Assembly: GCA_016840855.1 (NCBI GenBank)
Contig: JAEORO010000215.1
Location: 1-15,455 of the forward strand
Source of the DNA: Candidatus Thorarchaeota archaeon
GTDB lineage: Archaea > Asgardarchaeota > Thorarchaeia > Thorarchaeales > Thorarchaeaceae
Direction of reading: 5' to 3'
DNA: 15,455 bases
The first letter of the stretch is position 1; every line of letters begins with the position of its first letter. The position numbers and the translations under genes are program-made. The notes below the pieces were generated by a model. It was not told the DNA's origin, made no database searches, and saw nothing but the letters and a program-made list of their open reading frames with translations. Below, one piece after another: positions 1 to 5,942 of this stretch.

Positions 1-673
1 AAATGTTGTTCATGATTGTGATATTAGGACACCAGTTGACTTGTAGAACTGCTGTGTCAAAGAAACAGTCATTCACAACTGCATTTTCACATGCTTGAAG
101 AGAAACTCTCATTGGAAACGTGGTTGCCTCACTTTCAAAAAAACTACATCCCGTAACATTACAAAAAGTTGAATCTACGAACTCAGCTGCTGCCCAATCA
201 TAGACAGTCACATAAGATTCCATCATGGCTATCTCATTACATTTATCGATTCTAATCCCTCGATATTCACTGTAAATTTCGCAATTGTCAATTGTCCCAT
301 TATCACAAGAAAGTAGTTTGATTGTGTAATTCAAGGCTGTTGGTTGAAGATGACAGCCTTTGACAGTAAAATGGACATCTACATTTCGGATTTCGATGCA
401 TATCTGTGAACTAGTGATGTTCAATCCTTCAATCATATAGGGGTTGATTTCTGAGCCGTTGCCTGGCCAGCCTTGGTCAATAAAGTCTTGATTGCTGCTG
501 ATGAAAATAGGTCCATGCGAAGTATAAGATGATTCAAAGTTCCTGGCTTCGTTCAACACTGTGAAGTATTGATTAGAAAATTTAGCATCAACTACTATGC
601 TATTTAAAATCAGCAATAGTGTGATGGATAGTAGACATAACCTTGTAGAATTTGGAGTCTTTCTTATCCCCAA
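1..673 (-). CDS. Secreted right-handed parallel beta-helix (NosD / pectin-lyase-like) protein, 5' part, runs off the left edge
   Basis: Not in the ORF track; hand-translated open frame from TTG at 673-671 to the window edge: MGIRKTPNSTRLCLLSITLLLILNSIVV (signal/TM)...HGPIFISSNQDFIDQGWPGNGSEINPYMIEGLNIT...IEIRNVDVHFTVKGC...NGTIDNCEI...NVTGCSF...NITIMNNI. The H-x-PI-x-I...GWPGNG-x3-PY-x-I motif and PbH1-like repeats are typical of archaeal NosD-like proteins. SD-like GGTGG at 687-683. Confidence 0.85.
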   Translation of the reverse strand, partial: MGIRKTPNSTRLCLLSITLLLILNSIVVDAKFSNQYFTVLNEARNFESSYTSHGPIFISSNQDFIDQGWPGNGSEINPYMIEGLNITSSQICIEIRNVDVHFTVKGCHLQPTALNYTIKLLSCDNGTIDNCEIYSEYRGIRIDKCNEIAMMESYVTVYDWAAAEFVDSTFCNVTGCSFFESEATTFPMRVSLQACENAVVNDCFFDTAVLQVNWCPNITIMNNI

Positions 674-715
674 TATGGAATCCCACCGCGTTCACAGAAT
701 AAGCAACATTCAGCT

Positions 716-730
716 CTCTTAAACTTCGTG
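716..730 (-). promoter_or_regulatory. BRE/TATA promoter for the beta-helix gene
   Basis: Minus strand reads CACGAAG-TTTAAGAG, about 45 nt upstream of the TTG at 673. Confidence 0.5.
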
Positions 731-753
731 TCATGATTTTATATCTAGCAGAT

Positions 754-767
754 GAGAGAAAACGAAA
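754..767 (-). terminator. Oligo-pyrimidine (U-rich) archaeal terminator-like tract
   Basis: Minus strand TTTCGTTTTCTCTC follows 3 nt after the closing 9-bp helix of the putative RNA. Confidence 0.4.
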
Positions 768-1017
768 GGTGGGCGTAGCTCTGTGCGAGCAACGCGGTGC
801 ATTGCCGCGCCACCACCTAATGTTTTGTGCGCCGCGTTCCGAAGAACCCATTTTGAAGTTAATCGCGAGATAAGCTCCGCACGCCAAAGAGCTTTATCGA
901 CCCGCACATTGAATATGCTACGCCCTTGTTTGGTAAAGAGATGGGAGCAATCGCAGTTAACCCTTACGGTTGGCGAAACTCCAGCGTGACTCTTGACCGT
1001 GCTATAGGTGATAGGAC
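768..1017 (-). ncRNA. Putative ~250-nt structured ncRNA, family not recognised; minus strand favoured but not certain
   Basis: About 54% GC over 771-1000 by hand count, against AT-rich flanks. Perfect 9-bp inverted repeat GGGCGTAGC 771-779 / GCTACGCCC 917-925. Nested helices 782-790/900-908, 791-801/828-838 and 869-877/889-898. GUUC-UUCG-GAAC tetraloop hairpin on minus (847-836). Second domain closed by 932-940/990-998. TATA at 1047-1040 and a U-rich tail. Confidence 0.65.
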
Positions 1018-1039
1018 ATATTATACTATCACATACTTG

Positions 1040-1072
1040 TATAAAAAGTCTGTTTGCTTGTCCGTTTTTAAG
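1040..1072. promoter_or_regulatory. Back-to-back TATA boxes: minus strand for the putative ncRNA, plus strand for the small membrane ORF
   Basis: Minus AAACAGAC-TTTTTATA (TATA 1047-1040, predicted start near G1017). Plus TTTTTAAG at 1065-1072, about 45 nt before TTG 1118. Confidence 0.45.
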
Positions 1073-1117
1073 GGAAGTAGTAACATTCAGTATTGTAGCA
1101 AAATGGTGTGACAACTG

Positions 1118-1348
1118 TTGTCTATAGTTGCTGAAAAGAATAAGATGACATCTATCAAAAAAAAGATGCCTGGTTATATGGGTAGAATTATGGTGATTCT
1201 TTCAATAATTGCATTAACAAACATGTTGACTTTCATCACTATCGATTATATCGATTATTATTCAAGATTCTTCGATCTAATTATATGGATAGGAATTGGA
1301 ATCCTTGGGTACATCTTAATATATTATGAAAATAGGAAAGTGGAATGA
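1118..1348 (+). CDS. Small hypothetical membrane protein (2 TM)
   Basis: 76 aa with a Lys-rich N-terminus and two hydrophobic segments (IMVILSIIALTNMLTFITI; FFDLIIWIGIGILGYILIYY). GGTGTGA SD-like at 1105-1111. Start could instead be ATG 1145. Very AT-rich. Confidence 0.55.
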   Translation: MSIVAEKNKMTSIKKKMPGYMGRIMVILSIIALTNMLTFITIDYIDYYSRFFDLIIWIGIGILGYILIYYENRKVE

Positions 1349-1382
1349 AAATTGGTTCTGAAATCCAAGTTCATGCCGAATC

Positions 1383-1394
1383 GCAACCTTTAAT
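1383..1394 (+). promoter_or_regulatory. BRE/TATA promoter
   Basis: GCAACC-TTTAAT; the same GCAAC-then-TATA pattern recurs at 6802-6814. Predicted start about 1417-1420, at the first base of the hairpin RNA. Confidence 0.55.
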
Positions 1395-1419
1395 CGACGT
1401 TTGTCATTTTCAAGAGTAA

Positions 1420-1505
1420 GGCCAACGTAGAGAGAGAAAGACCTTAATGTGGGACTGGATGCGAAAGTCCTCTCTAAACCGGGTTTATGTTTCAAACCTT
1501 GGCCA
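1420..1505 (+). ncRNA. Putative ~86-nt structured RNA or 5' leader with tRNA-like junction geometry
   Basis: GGCCAA 1420-1425 / TTGGCC 1499-1504; TAGAGA 1428-1433 / TCTCTA 1471-1476; GGACT 1452-1456 / AGTCC 1466-1470; GGTTT 1482-1486 / AAACC 1494-1498 with a 7-nt loop. All four helices are Watson-Crick and mutually compatible. Confidence 0.6.
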
Positions 1506-1535
1506 GATCATCAGTATTATTGGAGACATGACTAT

Positions 1536-3356
1536 ATGCGTGTATATCTAGACGCGAACTTCTTCATATCGGGCTTTTCAGAGCGGCCTAAAGATGTGAC
1601 TATTGTGAAAAAGGCCGCAGACAACGCAGGTATGGAATTATGGATTACCCGACAGGTATTCCAAGAATTACGTTGGTACCTAAGGAGAGAGGCTGAGAAT
1701 ATTGTCCAGATTGATGAAACACTTTCAAAGGATATTAAATCCTTCATGGATAGCATCACTCGACCAGAAACCTCACTACCTCAACCAAACGATATGTCTC
1801 TAATTTTGGGTGCAATGCGAAACAAGAATTCGAAAATTGTCACGAGTGATATGAAATTACTAAACACAATTCAGGACTTGAAGGTTCCAGTTGAGGGAAT
1901 TGTTGGTTCAGCATTTGTTTTGGAATTGATGGAATCAGTCGAGGACGAGAAATTACAGAAAGACTTGTCAATTATTAGAGATCGTATTTACTCAGAAGAG
2001 GTCAGATATAGTATTGCTCGACAAGAGTCTTATGACCCAGTCACCAGGATACGCATTATAGAGGATCATGCACTTCGAGTTCTAAGAACAGTGAAGAGAC
2101 CGGCTGAAGGTCTCGATAGAAAACTGTCTAAGGGGCAACCACTTTTTGTGTTGGATTTTCTAGAGGATATCAAAGCTGATATCCCAAATATGTTCGATGA
2201 CTTCAGGGAAGGGAAGTATGACAGCCTTGCGCATGAAATTGAAGCAGTCCAGAATGAGATTGAGCGCTTATTGATAGTGTCAACACTAACAGAGGATAGC
2301 GAAACACATGGTCAGCTTGTCAGGCATGCATCAGACTTGACATTGTTCCTCTATTACCTTGAAGCAATTTGCCACTTATATCGTGGAACTCGACAGGGCA
2401 TTGAAGATGCTCTCACAATCAGTGATGAAGCATTTAGATTGCTAATGTTTGCAGAGGTGACTAACGATGAACTAAAAGCCACGGTATTCTTTGTCAGAAT
2501 TGTCCTTGCACTCATTAGAGAAGATTATGAAGAAATTGACTACTATTATAGCCTCTATGATAGTATGATAAATAGGATAGGACTCACAGATATGCTAGAG
2601 ACCTCAGAAGGCCTGTATATCACTATGCAAATCTTGAGGAAGTTCATGGGTGGTTTCAGTCTTACAAAGAACAAATTGCAGCATCCAGATGTAACAATGT
2701 CAATGCTTAATGACATAGCTAAATATTCAATCCAATTTGATGACCACGATAATGCTTGGCAATTAGCTGTAACAGCTTACAAGATAGGTGTTGCATATAA
2801 TAAAGAAGAAGGAGCACTCGGTTCCTTTTTGATGCTTTACAAGGTATCTTCTTCTTCTCACGATCGGTTCAAGCCAGCTCTTGAAAAAATTGCAGAACAT
2901 GCATTGAAGGCATTTGTAAAGAAGGGATGGAATACATCGCAAATCACACCAATACTAAATGAAATACAAGGGCAGTTTCCATCTATTGAAGGCATGGCAA
3001 CAAACGGTCCAGTGGATCAGGATAAGCTAAGGAAAGAACTGACAGGATGGATGGATGTTCTCTCAGTTGAAACCATTGATAATGTTGAGATGCTTGTGGT
3101 CAGGAATGACAAGTTACAGACTCGTATTGCAATTGCAGTTGGCAATCATCCAGATCTGGGTACACTCAAGACTGGTCACAAGGTAGCACTAACAAATGGT
3201 AGCTATGAAGTAACGGATGCAAATCCTGAAGTAGTCAAAAAGTATTCTGTAGTATTGATGATTACTCCAAGCGAAAGTGCAGAGATATCATTTGAAGGCG
3301 AATATGGATTTAGCTGTTTGAAGTTAGCTGAACCAGCTGCAGAAGCAAAATCATAG
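1536..3356 (+). CDS. PIN-domain ribonuclease fused to an alpha-helical (TPR-like) region and a C-terminal beta-rich (OB-like) domain
   Basis: Start re-called at ATG 1536 (GGAGA SD at 1522-1526). PIN motifs with all four acidic residues: RVYLDANFF, ITRQVFQEL, PNDMSLI, IVTSDMKL. Middle region is amphipathic helices (LYYLEAICHLYRG...IEDALTISDEAFRL; DNAWQLAVTAYKIG). Last ~110 aa are beta-strand-like (LKTGHKVALTNGSYEV). PIN is well supported; TPR and OB calls are inference. Confidence 0.8.
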   Translation: MRVYLDANFFISGFSERPKDVTIVKKAADNAGMELWITRQVFQELRWYLRREAENIVQIDETLSKDIKSFMDSITRPETSLPQPNDMSLILGAMRNKNSKIVTSDMKLLNTIQDLKVPVEGIVGSAFVLELMESVEDEKLQKDLSIIRDRIYSEEVRYSIARQESYDPVTRIRIIEDHALRVLRTVKRPAEGLDRKLSKGQPLFVLDFLEDIKADIPNMFDDFREGKYDSLAHEIEAVQNEIERLLIVSTLTEDSETHGQLVRHASDLTLFLYYLEAICHLYRGTRQGIEDALTISDEAFRLLMFAEVTNDELKATVFFVRIVLALIREDYEEIDYYYSLYDSMINRIGLTDMLETSEGLYITMQILRKFMGGFSLTKNKLQHPDVTMSMLNDIAKYSIQFDDHDNAWQLAVTAYKIGVAYNKEEGALGSFLMLYKVSSSSHDRFKPALEKIAEHALKAFVKKGWNTSQITPILNEIQGQFPSIEGMATNGPVDQDKLRKELTGWMDVLSVETIDNVEMLVVRNDKLQTRIAIAVGNHPDLGTLKTGHKVALTNGSYEVTDANPEVVKKYSVVLMITPSESAEISFEGEYGFSCLKLAEPAAEAKS

Positions 3357-3373
3357 TAACGGATGGGCAAAAA

Positions 3374-3805
3374 TTGGATATACTGAGTTGGGCGATCTTA
3401 GTGATCGCTGTACTACTAGCTGCGGCGTTTAATTATTACTTAAATCTCGCACCAGGATCTGATCCCGAGGATTTTCAAGTTGGCCCTCCTCAACTTGGAA
3501 TAACATGCGACTGCCCTCTAAATATCTTGATTATTGGAGGAATCATTGCTCTGGCTCTTAGCTCAGTTTCTGGATTTTTTGATTCGAGAACAGAACTTGT
3601 TATTGTTGGAATTGCATCATTTAGTATAATCACTATCGCAGGATATATTGGTAGACGTCGAAGGCACCGAGAATGGAAAGAACTGCACAAAGCTATTGAG
3701 CGGTCCGTCCCGAGCACAGCTCTTGTAGGTTATGAAAGGACTCCAATGGATATTACATTCGAAGATGATGATGAAGACTTTGATGAGCACTTTGACGATT
3801 ACTAA
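3374..3805 (+). CDS. Hypothetical membrane protein (3 TM) with basic juxtamembrane patch and acidic tail
   Basis: TTG start 17 nt after the PIN gene stop; three hydrophobic segments, a CDCP motif, RRRRHR after TM3, C-terminal EDDDEDFDEHFDDY. Confidence 0.7.
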   Translation: MDILSWAILVIAVLLAAAFNYYLNLAPGSDPEDFQVGPPQLGITCDCPLNILIIGGIIALALSSVSGFFDSRTELVIVGIASFSIITIAGYIGRRRRHREWKELHKAIERSVPSTALVGYERTPMDITFEDDDEDFDEHFDDY

Positions 3806-4197
3806 TCAGCACTTCCCTTTGCTGGTATAACTTTATCATCCTTAATGTTTGGAAATTTCAGAGCAATGATTCGACCTAACTTGTCATTTCTTGTTTGAAA
3901 TGAATGGAACTCACCTGGTTCTACAATGACTACATCGCCTTCGTTCAATTCATAACAAGTATCATCAATGTACAGCTGAATATCTGTCACAGCTATGAAG
4001 ACCTCCTCCAATAAACGATGAGAGTGAGGTGAACTTCTAGCATCAGTCGCAATGTCTACGATTATCACTCCGCAACTATTCAAAGATTGCTTGAAAGTGA
4101 GATCAGCTACATATTTTGCATCATAGCCAGATCTAGCTACCTTTTCTGAATCTGTATCTCTGTAAATACGAACCATTATTCTCAGGACATCATTCAT
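3802..4197 (-). CDS. Cupin-2 domain protein
   Basis: Cupin motif 1 SSPHSHRLLEEVF (H-x-H-x4-E) and motif 2 LNEGDVVIVEPGEFH. Confidence 0.9.
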   Translation of the reverse strand: MNDVLRIMVRIYRDTDSEKVARSGYDAKYVADLTFKQSLNSCGVIIVDIATDARSSPHSHRLLEEVFIAVTDIQLYIDDTCYELNEGDVVIVEPGEFHSFQTRNDKLGRIIALKFPNIKDDKVIPAKGSAD

Positions 4198-4222
4198 TTA
4201 ACTACAACAAATATCTTACTTC

Positions 4223-4264
4223 TATTATATAATGGGAGAATACTGTGACCCATAGGTATTATAT
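4223..4264. promoter_or_regulatory. Divergent TATA boxes, probably leaderless transcripts
   Basis: Minus ATTATATAAT (~4233-4224) about 27 nt upstream of ATG 4197. Plus TATTATAT (4257-4264) about 27 nt upstream of ATG 4291. Confidence 0.55.
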
Positions 4265-4290
4265 CGTTTTTACCTAATTAGTCATTGAGA

Positions 4291-5406
4291 ATGACAACTC
4301 CAAATATCACTGAAGGAAGGATGATTTTCAAGGTCCTTGTGGTAGGCAATGACTTACCACTGCAAACAGGGTTTCTAAGTAGAGCATCTGGAGACCGTGT
4401 TTCCGCCCAATTGTATAATACGATTGGTTTGACTTTAGGAGTAGTGAAACTTGACTATCCAAAGAACCTAAGTGTCATTCTCCAACTATGGTCAATACCT
4501 TTCTCTGATAGATTGGAAGGACTATCTCGTTCTTTTACTAAAGGACATCGTGCAATCATCCTAATTCTAAAGCCAAATGAAATCGATGATGTACCTGAGA
4601 TGTTCAATCGCCTTTCTCTGAGTCAAGATACCTCCCTAATGGTGGTATTTATTGGATCTGTGAGAGAAGCAGAAGCAGCCGCATATCAATTAGATGCGTT
4701 CATCAAAGCTCAAATGCCTGTTCACGCGGTCCAAGACATTGAAGAAATAATCAGATATGTCGCAGATAGCCTATGTTCTAATAGCTCCTCGAAAAGTCCA
4801 CTTCCTATGATAGTTGCTCTTGACGAGCATGTTTGCCCTGTCTTTGAACCTGTTATTCCCGAACCACTAACTCCACCAAACTCAATTGAAGAAATCGATG
4901 AAATTCGGTCTATAGCAAATGAACTGGGACTTCGAATTGTCAATGAATCATGTGCAATTGAGCTAGATGAGGGAGTTTTATGGGTGTGCATGAAAACCAG
5001 TGCTATTCGGATGGAACCAGAGATTTGTCGACTTTGTTCACATAGATGTAAGAGACAGTCTAACATCTGTATTGTTGGAACTGATACAGGCTGGTCTTCA
5101 ACCAATCTTGGATCGCGAGCTTTGCTTACTGTGGCAAAGATCTATGCGCTTGCAGCAAGGATGTTGCCTTCTCATGTAAAGAAGCAAATTCAAAGAGCAA
5201 CAATCTGCACACGATTTGATCCAAATCCAGCAATACCAATCGAAGATATCCCAGATGAGATTCTTCTTGGTTTCAAGGAAATGGATTCAGGGAAGTCACT
5301 TCTCGAAGCAGCAAGAGCACGAGTTAATGATGGCAGACTTTCGAATGATGTTTTCAATATGCTAAAAAAGAAATTACATAACATTGATTCCTCCGTCAGT
5401 CATTGA
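4291..5406 (+). CDS. Degenerate Rab/Ras-like small-GTPase fold (pseudo-GTPase) with a C-terminal Cys-rich domain
   Basis: FKVLVVG, YNTIG, VILQLW, DRLEGLSRSFTKGHRAIILIL align by eye to Rab FKxxxxG, YxxTIG, xxLQIWDTAGQERF, xxSYYRGAxGIILV. P-loop GK[ST], DxxG and NKxD are absent. CRLCSHRC-x6-C in the C-terminal half. ATG 4291 preferred over TTG 4285. Confidence 0.7.
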   Translation: MTTPNITEGRMIFKVLVVGNDLPLQTGFLSRASGDRVSAQLYNTIGLTLGVVKLDYPKNLSVILQLWSIPFSDRLEGLSRSFTKGHRAIILILKPNEIDDVPEMFNRLSLSQDTSLMVVFIGSVREAEAAAYQLDAFIKAQMPVHAVQDIEEIIRYVADSLCSNSSSKSPLPMIVALDEHVCPVFEPVIPEPLTPPNSIEEIDEIRSIANELGLRIVNESCAIELDEGVLWVCMKTSAIRMEPEICRLCSHRCKRQSNICIVGTDTGWSSTNLGSRALLTVAKIYALAARMLPSHVKKQIQRATICTRFDPNPAIPIEDIPDEILLGFKEMDSGKSLLEAARARVNDGRLSNDVFNMLKKKLHNIDSSVSH

Positions 5407-5422
5407 AATAGAGAGATGTACT

Positions 5423-5926
5423 ATGCCAGCAAGAGTAATTTCTGTTATTGGAGGTTCGAATAGCACACCAGAAAATCTTGAGCTAGCACAACGTGTTGGA
5501 GCTGAGATAGCAAAAAGAGGTGTGGTATTAGCGTGTGGTGGTCTGGGAGGAGTGATGGAAGCTGCTTGTAGAGGAGCAAAAAATGAAGGTGGACAGACAC
5601 TTGGCATCCTACCTACCGATGTGAAAGAACATGCAAACAAATTTGTTGACATCATAATCCCAACAGGCTTGGGGTATGCAAGGAATTTCCTTGTAGCAAA
5701 AACTGGAGACGCTATCATAGCGATTGATGGATCAGCAGGCACCTTAAGCGAGATGGCTATTGCGTGGTTTTCAGATAAGCCTGTAATATCTTTGGTCCCA
5801 ACAGGGGGATGGGCTGCAAAGCTTGCAGGGCAAAGAATAGATGAAAGACGTGAAGACACCGTATATGCCGCTAGTACTCCAGAACAGGCTGTTGAAATGG
5901 TTTTCCAAGCAATGAATTGGAAATAG
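5423..5926 (+). CDS. TIGR00725 family protein (LOG/SLOG superfamily, Rossmann-like nucleotide-binding)
   Basis: ISVIGGS, LACGGLGGVMEAACRGAK, TLGILP, PTGLGYARNFLV, IDGSAGTLSEMAIA. Start re-called to ATG 5423. Confidence 0.92.
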   Translation: MPARVISVIGGSNSTPENLELAQRVGAEIAKRGVVLACGGLGGVMEAACRGAKNEGGQTLGILPTDVKEHANKFVDIIIPTGLGYARNFLVAKTGDAIIAIDGSAGTLSEMAIAWFSDKPVISLVPTGGWAAKLAGQRIDERREDTVYAASTPEQAVEMVFQAMNWK

Positions 5927-5942
5927 GTTGTGAATTCATAAA

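Noticed and set aside
771-925. MITE or integron attC interpretation of the 9-bp inverted repeat
   Set aside because: No target-site duplication in the flanks (AAAGGT / TTGTTT), no RYYYAAC...GTTRRRY ends, and no transposase or integrase in the window. The interior is branched rather than one hairpin. A genome-wide copy count is needed to exclude it fully.
771-925. Retron msr-msd (a1/a2 inverted repeat)
   Set aside because: No reverse transcriptase (YxDD) gene nearby.
958-967. TAACCCTTAC resembles the vertebrate telomerase template
   Set aside because: A 10-nt match with a mismatch is expected by chance; it is on the less-favoured strand and there is no reverse transcriptase in the window.
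866-984. RNase P RNA: minus GGAGUUUCGCCAACC resembles archaeal CR-I GGAAGUUCCGCCCACC and can pair with GCGGAGCUUA
   Set aside because: No GAGGAA, no ACAGAA before the putative P4 3' strand, and no recognisable S-domain motifs. cmscan against the archaeal RNase P model would settle it.
600-1114. ORFs 600-887(-), 731-1114(-), 783-989(+) and 926-1111(+)
   Set aside because: Mutually overlapping, no motifs, atypical composition. Better explained as stop-poor frames across a GC-rich RNA; 600-887 also overlaps the real beta-helix gene in another frame.
1420-1505. Canonical tRNA, tRNA-Sec or 5S rRNA
   Set aside because: No TTCRA loop, D arm or anticodon arm; too short for 5S and lacks the CCGAAC loop C.
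1449-1535. N-terminal extensions given by the ORF track (also 5384-5422, 8816-8941, 11722-11814)
   Set aside because: Family motifs begin at downstream starts with SD or TATA support; the extensions overlap RNA structure, neighbouring genes or promoters.
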